From Planctomycetota bacterium (GTDB taxonomy: Bacteria; Planctomycetota; UBA1135; UBA2386), in assembly GCA_965228735.1 (NCBI GenBank), contig OZ245838.1, forward strand, positions 6,944,001-7,008,000: 64,000 nucleotides of DNA, written 5' to 3'. Made by a program: the position numbers and the translations under genes. Positions 28,879 to 38,332 of this stretch are shown in pieces. The notes under the pieces were generated by a model. That model worked only from the letters and a program-made list of their open reading frames with translations, did not search any database and had not been told where the DNA came from. Positions within the stretch are counted from its first letter, which is position 1. Every line of letters starts with the position of its first letter.

Positions 28879-30114
28879 ATGACTCAACTCCGGCTCGTTT
28901 CGGCCGCGATGGCGCTCGCTCCGCTGGCCCTCGCATCCCTCGCTTCCGCCCAGAATCCTCTCGGCACGATCACCAACGTCGGTACGACGTGGGCGACGCG
29001 CGGCCTGTCGGCCGCGTCCGAGCAGAACGCGGCGACTCTCTTCACGCGCTACGACAGCGATGCCTACGCGGGCTACACGTCGAGCTCGGCGCCCAACGTG
29101 CGGCAGGTCGTCGGCGTGAGCTTCGTGCTCCAGGACAACGACCTCTCGACGCAGGACTCGTTCAACCTGGTCGTCTGGTCGGGTGATCCGGCCAACCCCA
29201 ACTACCCCGACGTCACCTCGGGCATGGTGAGCGGTGGTCTGCCGTTCGCCTTCCCCGTCGGCTCCGGTGGCGGCGCGTTCTTCGCCAACGCCAACTTCGC
29301 GACGCCGGTCACGCTGCCCGCGACGGAGGACGTTTACGTCGGCCTGCAGTTCAACTCGGCGTGGACGATCGCCGGCGGTCAGATCACCGACGGGCTGTCG
29401 ATCTGGGAGTGCCAGCAGCAGGCGCCGACGACGCCGCAGACGGGGCAGTCCTGGGACGAGCCGGGCGGCGGTGCCGTCGGCCTGCCGATGCCCGAGGACA
29501 CGAACTTCTCGGGCTACTACGTGGCCGCCACCAACCCGGCGACCCCGCCGACCTACCAGACCGAGAACTCGATGTTCAAGATCGAGCCGGTCATCCCCGG
29601 CTCGGGCGGCGTCGCGGGCGCGCTCACCAACCAGGTGACCCACCCCGAGAGCACGCTGACCTCCGCGGCCGGCTTCCAGGTCCAGGTCCCGGGCGCGGGC
29701 ACGGCGTGCATGCACTCGGCGCTCTTCCCCGATGCGGCGACGCCGTCGGTCGGCGCGGGCCGGGCGGACGACCTCGTGCAGTTCTTCCGTGACGACACGA
29801 TCCCGGTGGGCAGCCCGGTCTTCTTCCTGATCGACCTCGGCCAGTTCAACCCGGTCGAGATCGGCCTCGACCAGTTCGTCCCGGGTTCGACGGGCGTCAC
29901 GTGCCTCAACTTCTCGGCTGCCAACCTCGGCTTCGTGCCGACCGCGGCCGTGACCGTCGGCACCGCGACCGAGAATCGGGCGCACCTCGTGACCCAGTTC
30001 CCGGCGACCGCGCGTCCGCTGCTCAGCGGCGTGTCGTGGGTGCGCCAGGCCATCGCGATCGACGTCACGACGAACACGCTGCACGCGACGGCCTGCACGC
30101 GCCAGCGCACGTAG
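28879..30114 (+). CDS. Secreted beta-rich hypothetical protein
   Basis: Signal peptide ending ASA-Q, T/G/P-rich body, strong coding bias. Confidence 0.8.
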   Translation: MTQLRLVSAAMALAPLALASLASAQNPLGTITNVGTTWATRGLSAASEQNAATLFTRYDSDAYAGYTSSSAPNVRQVVGVSFVLQDNDLSTQDSFNLVVWSGDPANPNYPDVTSGMVSGGLPFAFPVGSGGGAFFANANFATPVTLPATEDVYVGLQFNSAWTIAGGQITDGLSIWECQQQAPTTPQTGQSWDEPGGGAVGLPMPEDTNFSGYYVAATNPATPPTYQTENSMFKIEPVIPGSGGVAGALTNQVTHPESTLTSAAGFQVQVPGAGTACMHSALFPDAATPSVGAGRADDLVQFFRDDTIPVGSPVFFLIDLGQFNPVEIGLDQFVPGSTGVTCLNFSAANLGFVPTAAVTVGTATENRAHLVTQFPATARPLLSGVSWVRQAIAIDVTTNTLHATACTRQRT

Positions 30115-30182
30115 GCGTTCGGCGTTCGTTGCCGGGCCGGGTATCCCGATCCGGGTATCCCGGTCCGTGCGTTCCCCGGCCG

Positions 30183-30683
30183 TTACTTGCCGGGAATGAT
30201 CGCGCCCGGCGGCAGGTCGCTCGTGCGCGGTGCCACCGGCACGGGATCGCGCGGGTGCAGCGAGTAGCTCACCGCGTCCGCGCGGCCGAGGTCCGGGCGG
30301 TAGATCATCATCGTGGTCGAATACGTGCCGTCCGCGTGCACGTACCAGTCGAGCCCCGCGTTGTGCTCCTGGCGGACGATCGGGGACCACTCCGGGTTGT
30401 TCCACAGCAGCTTCGGCGGGTTCTTCACGCCGTTGAGCGGTTCGGCGTAGCCGCCGTCGGGCAGCAGCAGTTTGCCGGCGGCGGGGTCGTTCGGTTCCTC
30501 GGGACCGGGTTCGGCGACGTTGCCGGTGGCGATCGGCGCCGGCTCGGTCTCCTCCTGGGTTGGCGCCGGCTCGGGCGGCTTCGTCGGAGCCGAGTCCTCG
30601 TCGCCCGTCAGGGCGAACCAGGTCACCGCACCGCCGATCGCGGCGGCGCCGAGCAGGGCGAACGACAGACGGGCGGCACTCAC
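30183..30683 (-). CDS. Membrane-anchored hypothetical protein
   Basis: N-terminal TM, Pro/Glu linker, globular C-terminus (WYVHADGTYSTT). Confidence 0.75.
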   Translation of the reverse strand: MSAARLSFALLGAAAIGGAVTWFALTGDEDSAPTKPPEPAPTQEETEPAPIATGNVAEPGPEEPNDPAAGKLLLPDGGYAEPLNGVKNPPKLLWNNPEWSPIVRQEHNAGLDWYVHADGTYSTTMMIYRPDLGRADAVSYSLHPRDPVPVAPRTSDLPPGAIIPGK

Positions 30684-30735
30684 AGCATCAGTGTAGCGCG
30701 CTCGGCGCGCGGGTTACCGGGAATGGCGGGCCAGG

Positions 30736-32124
30736 TCACCGCGAGAGCAGCAGGATCTCCGCTCGGCTCGGGTGGTCGAATGCTGGCTCGGGCAGGTCGA
30801 TCACCCGGAAGCCGAGGGCGCCGAGCTCGGATTCGGTGATGGCGGTTCGGCCCCGTTTCAGCGCCACGTAGCGGCACGCGGGATCGCCGGCGAGGCGCAG
30901 CAGGTCTTCGGATTCGATGCGCCGCGGCGGCGGTGGCGGCAGGCCCGCGAAGTAGACGAGTCGCGGCATGTCGGAGACGACGGTGTCCTTCGGTGCGAGC
31001 CGCGCGGCGAGCGCGCGCCCCAAGACACGTTCGATCGTGCGATCCGCGGGATGGCTGAAGAACAGCTTGGCCTCGCTGGCGAGCACGAGCGCCAGGAGCA
31101 GCAGCGGCGCGACGCGGCCGTGACGGCGCAGTCGTCGCCACAGCAGCGCCAGCGTGATGCCGGCGAACGGCAGCAGCAGGACGCCGAGGCCGGCCGCGAA
31201 GCGATGATGGCTCTTCAGCAGCGGCACGACCGCGAGTTGGGCGAGGAACGGCAGCACGAGTGCCGTTCCCGGGTGGGCGAAGCGGCGCGGTCCGAACCGG
31301 ATCGCCCCGTAGACGAGCAGCGGGAACGCGACGTAGCCCAGCCCTTCCCACGCGTCGCCGGGCCACCGCAGCCACTGGGTCACGTAGTGCCCGAGTGCGC
31401 TGTCGGAACCGCCGGCGCCGACGTCCCAGTTGAACGCGGCCTTCGGCGTGATCGTGAAGCCGTGCCCGCGCACCATCATCCCGAGCGGCAGCAGGCTGCA
31501 GACCAGGGTTCCGGTCGCGGCATGCGCGACCGCCGCGCGACGTTGGCCGGTGGCGATGAGCCATAGCGTGCCGGCGACGATCAGCGCGGCGCCCTCGGGG
31601 CGCGCGAGGAAGGCGAGGCCGCCGAGCAGCGCGCTCGCGCACACCGAAAGGCAGGGGCGGGCATCGCGGGTCGACCGTTCGCCGAGCAGCAGCGCGGCCC
31701 AACTCGTGGCGGCGAGGAAGAACGGACCCTCGCTCATGCACTCCGCCGGATGGCGCACGAACCAGACGCCGATCGCGTAGAGCAGCGCGGTGGCGAACGC
31801 GGCGCGGCGGCCGAACAGGTGCTGCGTGAGCCGCCACAGCGGCAGGATCGCGGCCGCTGCCGTGGCGGCTGCGACGAGTTGCCCGACGGTGACGGGATCG
31901 AGTGTGGGGCCGCAGCGCAGACCGAACGCGATCAGCAGCGGATACAGCGGATGGAACACGCTGTCGAAGAGCGCGCCCGGCTCACCCGTCGCGACGCGTT
32001 CGGCGACCCAGAGGTACGCGACGCCGTCGCGACCCGGCACCGGCGTGATCAGGCAGCCGTAGGCGCGCAGCAGGGCCGCGAGCAGCAGCAAGGGCCAGGG
32101 GGTGAGCCGGAGCAGGCGGAGCAC
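30736..32124 (-). CDS. ArnT/PMT (GT39/83-like) membrane glycosyltransferase
   Basis: RDGVAYL..A, FHPLYPLLI, MSEGPF, LARPEG and many TM segments. Confidence 0.8.
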   Translation of the reverse strand: MLRLLRLTPWPLLLLAALLRAYGCLITPVPGRDGVAYLWVAERVATGEPGALFDSVFHPLYPLLIAFGLRCGPTLDPVTVGQLVAAATAAAAILPLWRLTQHLFGRRAAFATALLYAIGVWFVRHPAECMSEGPFFLAATSWAALLLGERSTRDARPCLSVCASALLGGLAFLARPEGAALIVAGTLWLIATGQRRAAVAHAATGTLVCSLLPLGMMVRGHGFTITPKAAFNWDVGAGGSDSALGHYVTQWLRWPGDAWEGLGYVAFPLLVYGAIRFGPRRFAHPGTALVLPFLAQLAVVPLLKSHHRFAAGLGVLLLPFAGITLALLWRRLRRHGRVAPLLLLALVLASEAKLFFSHPADRTIERVLGRALAARLAPKDTVVSDMPRLVYFAGLPPPPPRRIESEDLLRLAGDPACRYVALKRGRTAITESELGALGFRVIDLPEPAFDHPSRAEILLLSR

Positions 32125-32207
32125 CCCGAGAGCGTTGGTGTTCCGGCGCTCGGCGGCAAGCCTGGACTGGGCGACCTAGTCGGCTCGATCGGGTCGGCTC
32201 GATCGGG

Positions 32208-32333
32208 TCAGCTCGAGAGGCCGACGCGGCTCGACGCCGCGCTCCGCACCTGGTGTCGGCGGCGGAGTCGGCTCAGGATCAGCACGAGCGAACCCGCGAG
32301 GAGCAGGAGCCAGAGGTCGGGGGCGTCGGACAT
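32208..32333 (-). CDS. Putative 41-aa single-pass membrane protein
   Basis: MSDAPDLWLLLLAGSLVLILSRLRRRHQVRSAASSRVGLSS*. Fills an intergenic gap on the same strand as its neighbours. Confidence 0.45.
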   Translation of the reverse strand: MSDAPDLWLLLLAGSLVLILSRLRRRHQVRSAASSRVGLSS

Positions 32334-32423
32334 GCGGGTTCGGCTCTACGAGCGCCAGAACCATGTCCGATCGGACACAACGCGACGGGAAAGCCGGATC
32401 AAGAAGCGATGAAGTCGGCTGCG

Positions 32424-34079
32424 TCAGTCCGCGGCGGCTGGGCCGAGCCAGTCCACGAGTTCGAACAGGCGGTCGACGGTCGCGCGGTTCGTCGCCGCTG
32501 CGCGTTCGTGGTAGGGCACCGTTGCGGCGTCCGCGTCGGTGATCGTTCTCGGCAGCGGGTCGTCGGCGCGCTGCTGCCAGCGTTGCCGCCATTCCTCGGG
32601 CAGGTCGTGCGGCAGTTTGCGATCTGCGAGCGCGCCCCAGACCAAGGCCCAGGCGCGCGGGATCACGTGCCGCGGCCGGTAGCCGCCGCCGCCCGTCGCG
32701 ACCCAGCGGCCTTCGCACCAGCGATCCGCGAGGCGGCGGCAGAGCTCGGCGTTGCGGCGCGCAACTGCGGTCGTGCACTCGAGCGTCGCGAGCGGGTCCT
32801 CGCGGTGCGTGTCGCAGCCGTGCTGGCTCACGATCAGATCGGGGCGGAAGCCCGCGCCCGCGGCGGTTAGCACACGTTCGGTCACCTCGACGAACGACGC
32901 GTCGGTCGTGCCGGGAGCGAGCGGGACGTTGAGCGTCTTGCCGCGCCCCTCGCCGGTGCCGATGTCCTCGACGAACCCCGTCCCTGGGTAGCGCACGCGC
33001 GGGTCTTCGTGGAACGAGATCGTCAGCGCGTTCGGGTCGCCGCGAAACACCGCCTCGACGCCGTCGCCGTGGTGCACGTCGAAGTCGACGTAGAGCACGC
33101 GTTCGGCGCCGCGATCGAACGCGCGGTGCATCGCGAGCGCGAGGTCGTTGTAGAGGCAGAAGCCGGCGGCGCGATCGGGCATCGCGTGGTGCAGGCCACC
33201 GGCCGGGTTGAACGCGGCGCGGCACATTCCGTCGAACACCGCATCCACGGCCGCAACGGTCGCGCCGGCCACGGCCGCGGCCGCGTCGTGTTGCCCCTCG
33301 GCGATCGGGTTGTCACCGGCGCCGAGGCCGTGCTGCGGCGCGAGCGCGATCGTCGCGTCGCTCGGCAGCGGCATCGAGGTCGCGATCAGGCACCGCACGT
33401 AGTCGAGGTCGTGGACCCGTGCGAGTGCGCCCGCATCGAGCGGCGCCGTCGCGAGCACGTCCGCATCGGTCATCGCGCCCGTGCGGCGCAGCAGGTCGAA
33501 CAGCGCGTGCTGGCGGTCCGGGGCGAACGGGTGGTCCGGGCCGAGGTCGTAGGTCGGCAGCGCCAGCGCGTCCACGATCCGCGCGGCCGGTCGCGCCAGC
33601 AGTTCGCGAATCGCCCGCACGACCACAGCGAGCTCCTGGGTGGCGTCGACGCGCTCCGCCGCGCCGAGCGGCTCGAACGCCGCGAGCTGGCTGTCGAGCA
33701 GACTCGCGGGAAAGAAGTGGTCTCGCCGCGCGGCGAGTCGGGCTCGCAGTTCGTCGGGCGGCACGTCGAGCTGCACGCAGCGCACCGCGAGGCCGGTCCG
33801 CAACCGTTCGCGATACGCGGCCCGCAACGCCGAGCAACCGACGACGAGCCCCGTGCCGCTCGCCGCTGCCCGTTCGAGTTCGTGCCGTACGCGATCGAGC
33901 CACGGCGCGCGTTCGGCGTCGCCCAGCGCCTCGCCCCGCCGCATGCGCTCGATCGCCGCCGCGCTGTGCAGGTCATCGGCGTCGACGAAGCGCACGTCGA
34001 GCGCATCCGCGAGCGGTCGGCCCACGGTGGTCTTGCCGCAGCCGGCGGGGCCGATCAGCAGGACGAGGGGCGATGGCAT
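32424..34079 (-). CDS. Gluconokinase (GntK/IdnK type) fused to an AcuC/HDAC-family deacetylase
   Basis: N-terminal GPAGCGKTT, DADDLH, CSALRAAYRERL, HFFP..LLDSQ. C-terminal GGLHHA, GFCLYND, DFDVHHGDG, YPGTG, GCDTH..DPL, GGGGY. Confidence 0.88.
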   Translation of the reverse strand: MPSPLVLLIGPAGCGKTTVGRPLADALDVRFVDADDLHSAAAIERMRRGEALGDAERAPWLDRVRHELERAAASGTGLVVGCSALRAAYRERLRTGLAVRCVQLDVPPDELRARLAARRDHFFPASLLDSQLAAFEPLGAAERVDATQELAVVVRAIRELLARPAARIVDALALPTYDLGPDHPFAPDRQHALFDLLRRTGAMTDADVLATAPLDAGALARVHDLDYVRCLIATSMPLPSDATIALAPQHGLGAGDNPIAEGQHDAAAAVAGATVAAVDAVFDGMCRAAFNPAGGLHHAMPDRAAGFCLYNDLALAMHRAFDRGAERVLYVDFDVHHGDGVEAVFRGDPNALTISFHEDPRVRYPGTGFVEDIGTGEGRGKTLNVPLAPGTTDASFVEVTERVLTAAGAGFRPDLIVSQHGCDTHREDPLATLECTTAVARRNAELCRRLADRWCEGRWVATGGGGYRPRHVIPRAWALVWGALADRKLPHDLPEEWRQRWQQRADDPLPRTITDADAATVPYHERAAATNRATVDRLFELVDWLGPAAAD

Positions 34080-34206
34080 GGGCCGAACGATCCAGGCCCC
34101 CGCCCCGGATGTCATGCCGTAAATCGCCCGCCGACCGCAGTACGGTAGCGTTCGGGATTCTCTCGTTTCTGCCGGCGATCGGGTCGCCGCGCGCAAGTAC
34201 AGGCTC

Positions 34207-34845
34207 ATGACCGATCCGCACGACCTCGATGCCGCGCCCGCTGCGGCTGCCGCGGACGGGCCGACGGATCTGGTCCTCGTGCAGGCTGCGTTGCGGGGCG
34301 AGGGCGCGGCCGTGGATCGGTTGCTCGCGCGCCTCGGCTGCGTGCCACGTTTCGTGTTCCGGCTCAATCGCTCGCTCGCGACCGGGCTGCCGGTCGAGGC
34401 GCTCGAGGACGTGGTGCAGCAGGTCTACGCGGTGCTGTGGCCGCGGCTGCACGAGTTCCACGGCCGGAATCCGCTCGAGACCTGGATCTTCGGGTTCTGC
34501 CGCAATTGCCTGCGCAGCGCCGTGCGGCGCGGGCGGGTTCGCCAGGAAAGCCGGACTGCGTCGCTCGGGCCCGATCTGCTCGCGACCCTCGCCGATGCGG
34601 ATTCCGGGCCCGAGGCCAGCGTTGCCCGGCAGGAGGCGATCTTCGCGTTGCGCGACGAGCTCGACGAACTGCCGGCGGCCGAACGCGATGCCGTGACCGC
34701 GCGCCATCTCGACGGCGCGAGTTTCGAGGATCTGGCGCGCGCGTCGGGCGTCGCCGTGAGCACGATCAAGGACCGCTGCTACCGCGCGATGCAGCGACTG
34801 CAGGACCGACTCGGCCGGCGGCTGGTCGGAGGAGAACGACCATGA
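34207..34845 (+). CDS. ECF sigma-70 factor
   Basis: Region 2 EDVVQQVY...LETWIFGFCRN. Region 4 LPAAERDAV...SFEDLA...VSTIKDRCYRAMQRL. Confidence 0.92.
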   Translation: MTDPHDLDAAPAAAAADGPTDLVLVQAALRGEGAAVDRLLARLGCVPRFVFRLNRSLATGLPVEALEDVVQQVYAVLWPRLHEFHGRNPLETWIFGFCRNCLRSAVRRGRVRQESRTASLGPDLLATLADADSGPEASVARQEAIFALRDELDELPAAERDAVTARHLDGASFEDLARASGVAVSTIKDRCYRAMQRLQDRLGRRLVGGERP

Positions 34846-35609
34846 CCGATACCGAGTTCGAAGGTCTGCTGCGCGCCCACGCGCTCGACGCGTTGCAGCC
34901 CGCAGAACGCGACCGGCTCGACGATCTCGCCGCGGCTGCGCCGGAACGCGCTGCTGCGGTCGCCGAGGTCGACGCCGTGCAACGCGTGTTCGCGGCCGAG
35001 CGGCAAGTGCGTGCCGAGGTGCTGCGCGAAGGCGCGCCGTTCGCCGACGAGTCGACGGTCGCCGGAGCCGAGGCGATGGCGCGGCTCACGGCGGCCGCGG
35101 GTGCGGCCGAGAACGAACTGCGCGCGCAGCTGCTGCGTCCACGCGCGAACGCGACCGTCGTGTCCGGCCCGGCATCGCCGTGGCCGCGCCGCCTCGGTGT
35201 CGCGGTGCTCGCGGCGGCGGCGGTGCTCGCCTTGTGGTTCGGGATCTTCGCCGGTGAGGACGGTCCGCGGCTCGATCCGCGGCGGCCCGATGATCTGCGG
35301 GCCGGTGACCGGGCCGGTCCACGGCTGCAGCTCGTCCTGCTCGAGCCGACGCTCACGCCAGAGGCGCGGACGATCGCGTGGGCTGCCGTGCCCGGCGCGA
35401 GTGGCTACGATGCGAGCATCCTCGATCGCGACGACGCGATCGTTCTCGAGCGCGATGACGAGCGCCGGGCGAGCACCCAATGGGAACTGACGACCGCAGA
35501 GTACGGCGCGCTGCTGGCCCTGCGGCCGCTGCGACTGCGCGTGACCGCGCTCGATGGCGTCGGGCTGCCGATCGGCAGCTCGGGCGACCTGGTTCTCACG
35601 TTGCGCTGA
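34842..35609 (+). CDS. Putative transmembrane anti-sigma factor
   Basis: ATGA overlap with the sigma gene and GGAGGA RBS. Anti-sigma-like N-terminus (LLRAHALDALQPAER), one TM, C-terminal beta domain. Confidence 0.75.
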   Translation: MTDTEFEGLLRAHALDALQPAERDRLDDLAAAAPERAAAVAEVDAVQRVFAAERQVRAEVLREGAPFADESTVAGAEAMARLTAAAGAAENELRAQLLRPRANATVVSGPASPWPRRLGVAVLAAAAVLALWFGIFAGEDGPRLDPRRPDDLRAGDRAGPRLQLVLLEPTLTPEARTIAWAAVPGASGYDASILDRDDAIVLERDDERRASTQWELTTAEYGALLALRPLRLRVTALDGVGLPIGSSGDLVLTLR

Positions 35610-35629
35610 CCGCGCCGTTCGTCATTGCG

Positions 35630-38332
35630 ATGCTCTCCTGGCTCAGGGGGCTCAGGGGGCTCTGGGCGCTCTCGGCATTCCTGGCGCTGTGGGGGGGGGG
35701 CGGCGTGGGGCTGCGCGCGCAGGCGCAGACGCCGCCGCCGCCGCCCGACGCGGAGTTCGACGCCCGGTTCACGGCCGGGTTGCGCGCGCTCTCGGACGAA
35801 CGACTGCCGGCGGCGCGCGGCGAGTTCGTGGCGGCGCGCGAACTCGCCGACCGCGTGAGTGCGAGTCGTCGCCCGGTCGCGACGTTCGCGGCGGAGCTCA
35901 TGCTCGTCGAGGTCGTGCTGTTCGCCGGGCAGCTCGCGGACGCCGACGTGCACGAGCGATTGCTCGCGGTGATCGAGCGCGCGACCGTGAGCGGCGCGTG
36001 GTCGGCCGCGGGCGCGGAACGGTTGCGGCTGCGCGCGCTCGTGTCGCGGTGGAAGACGGGCGGCACCGAACGCTTTCGCGCCAAGTTGCCGGCGGCCGAT
36101 CGCGAGTGGCTGATGCGGGCGGACTTCTTCACCGCGGTCCCGGCGCGCCGGCTCGCGGGACTCGAGGACGCGGCGCGCGTGCTGCGCTTCCAGCTCGGTG
36201 TCGGCACCGCGCACGAACTGCGGCAGCTGCGCGAGCTCACGGCAGCCGCGATGGCGTCCTCGGATTCGGCCACCGACAGCGAGTGGAGCCGAACGATCCT
36301 CGCGACGCTGGCGCGCTATCACGGCGAACGCCGGAGCCTCGATCGGGCGCAGGTCTTCGTCGAGCGGCTGCCGGCCGACGAGTCGCGGGTGCTGCGCGCG
36401 TGGCTCCTGCTGCAGCGTGAGGATCACGACCGGGCGCTCGCGATCGCCCGGCAGCTGCAGGCGGATCACCATCCGCAGGCCGACCAGCTGCTCGGTGAGG
36501 TGCTCGAGCGCCTCGGCAGGTACGACGAGGCGTTGCAGTGCTACGGCCGCGCGCTCGCTGCCGCGGGCGGGGAAGCTGCGCGCGCCGCCGCCCTGAACGG
36601 TCGCGGGGACTGCCTGCTCGCGCTCGGCCGGCTCGGGGAGGCGAGGACTGCATACGAGTCCATCGAACGCGACCTCGGCAGCGCTGTGGCGCTCGTCTTA
36701 CCCGGCGAGTTCCCGGGCGGACCAGCCGCCGCGATCGGCTTGGCCGCCGAGTACGCCGAGACGATCAAGGACCTCGGGCGGCTCGCGGAGTTGGGCGGTG
36801 ACAACGCGGCGGCGAACGCGCGCTACATCGACGCACTGGAGTGCGGGGAGCTGCTTCGCAGCCAGCTCGTTCACGACCCGTTCGGCGCATCGTGGTTGCG
36901 CATCCACTCGGATCAGCGGACGGCGATCGACGGTGTGCTGCGGACGTGCGGCGACGAAGCGGTTGGGTGGGAGGTCGTGCACGCGCTCGAACTCGGGCGC
37001 GGCCGCGGTGCGCTCGATCTCGCGGCCCGCTCTGGCGTCGCGATCGATCGGGCCGAATTGCAGCGGCTCGTCGAACGGCTCGTGACGGCCAACGACCCGG
37101 CGGTCGTGCAGCAGGTCGCGCGCGAGCTCGAGGCGCTGCGCGTGCCGAGTCGGGCCGCCGCCGAGCGGGCAACCGTGCCGAGCGCGCACGACCTGCGACA
37201 GGCCGCGTATCGCCGGCCCGACCACGCGGTGTTGTCGTGGTGGTTCGGCGTCGACGAGGCGTGGTTGCTCGTTCTGCGCGGGGTTCGGGTGCAGTCGTTC
37301 CCTCTCGGACCCGTCGCAGCCTGCCGCGACGCGGTCGCCGCGGCGTTCCGCGCGGTGGCGACGCCGAGCGGGGATCCCGCGGGCCTCGAACGGGCCGCGA
37401 ACGTGCTGTTGCCCGCCGCGGCGCGCGAGGTGGTCGCCGGGGTCGACGTCGTGGTGGCCATCGCGGACCCCGCCATGGCGCGGCTGCCGCTGGCGGCGCT
37501 GCCCGTCGATGGGCAGCCGCTCGGCGTTCGGCACGCGCTCGTCCAGACGCCGTCGCTCGCCGTTCTCGGGCTGCTCGAAGAGCGCGGCCGCAGCGGCGCG
37601 GGCACGGTCGTCGTCGAAGCGCCGCCCACGACCGAACTCACGAACCGTCTCCGGCTCGATCCGTTGCAGTTCGCGGCGCGCGAGTGCGAGGCCGTGCGGA
37701 CGGCGCGCCGCGCGACCACGGACGGCAGCGTCGTGCATCTGCGCGGCCCTGCCGCGACGTTCGACGGCGTCGTGCGCCGCGCGCCCGACCTGCTGCACAT
37801 CGCGGCGCACGCGATCGATTGCCCGGGGCTGCCGACGCAGTCCGTGCTGCTGCTCGCGGACGGTCCGCACGCGATGGGCAGCCTCGGCAGTCTCGAGCTG
37901 CCCGGATCGCTCGTCGTGCTCAGCGCGTGTTCGGCGGCGGCCGGGGAGCAGCGCGGTGACGAGGGCGTGATCGGCCTCGTCGAAGGCCTGTTCGCGGCTG
38001 GCGCGCGCGGCGTCGTGGCGCCGGTCGCGGCCGTGAACCAGCAGGCGACCGCGGACTTCATGGCGGTGTTCCACCACGAACTCGCCGGCGGCATGTCGGC
38101 GGCGGCCGCGCTACGCGCAGCGCGAGCGCGGCTGTGGGCGAACGGCAGCGGCAACTACGCGCACCCGCACTACTGGGGAGCGTTCACGCTGTTCGGCGAC
38201 GCGCCGCTGCCACGCCCGCCGCGCGCGCCGAACGCCTGGATCGCACCGCAGTGGCTGCTCGTTCTCGGGCTCGCGCTCTTGGGCGGCTGGCTGCTACTGC
38301 CACGGCAGCAGCGCCGCGTCGGCCTGCGGTAG
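35630..38332 (+). CDS. TPR-CHAT (caspase-like) protease with signal peptide and C-terminal TM
   Basis: TPR helices. CHAT motifs LPLAAL, PSL, LLHIAAHA (His), LVVLSAC (Cys), AGARGVV, HPHYWGAF. C-terminal hydrophobic helix with a basic tail. Confidence 0.88.
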   Translation: MLSWLRGLRGLWALSAFLALWGGGGVGLRAQAQTPPPPPDAEFDARFTAGLRALSDERLPAARGEFVAARELADRVSASRRPVATFAAELMLVEVVLFAGQLADADVHERLLAVIERATVSGAWSAAGAERLRLRALVSRWKTGGTERFRAKLPAADREWLMRADFFTAVPARRLAGLEDAARVLRFQLGVGTAHELRQLRELTAAAMASSDSATDSEWSRTILATLARYHGERRSLDRAQVFVERLPADESRVLRAWLLLQREDHDRALAIARQLQADHHPQADQLLGEVLERLGRYDEALQCYGRALAAAGGEAARAAALNGRGDCLLALGRLGEARTAYESIERDLGSAVALVLPGEFPGGPAAAIGLAAEYAETIKDLGRLAELGGDNAAANARYIDALECGELLRSQLVHDPFGASWLRIHSDQRTAIDGVLRTCGDEAVGWEVVHALELGRGRGALDLAARSGVAIDRAELQRLVERLVTANDPAVVQQVARELEALRVPSRAAAERATVPSAHDLRQAAYRRPDHAVLSWWFGVDEAWLLVLRGVRVQSFPLGPVAACRDAVAAAFRAVATPSGDPAGLERAANVLLPAAAREVVAGVDVVVAIADPAMARLPLAALPVDGQPLGVRHALVQTPSLAVLGLLEERGRSGAGTVVVEAPPTTELTNRLRLDPLQFAARECEAVRTARRATTDGSVVHLRGPAATFDGVVRRAPDLLHIAAHAIDCPGLPTQSVLLLADGPHAMGSLGSLELPGSLVVLSACSAAAGEQRGDEGVIGLVEGLFAAGARGVVAPVAAVNQQATADFMAVFHHELAGGMSAAAALRAARARLWANGSGNYAHPHYWGAFTLFGDAPLPRPPRAPNAWIAPQWLLVLGLALLGGWLLLPRQQRRVGLR

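Noticed and set aside
35630..38332. Gasdermin- or CRISPR-linked cell-death caspase
   Set aside because: No gasdermin, NLR or Cas7-11 gene is adjacent. The export signals and the sigma context favour signalling.
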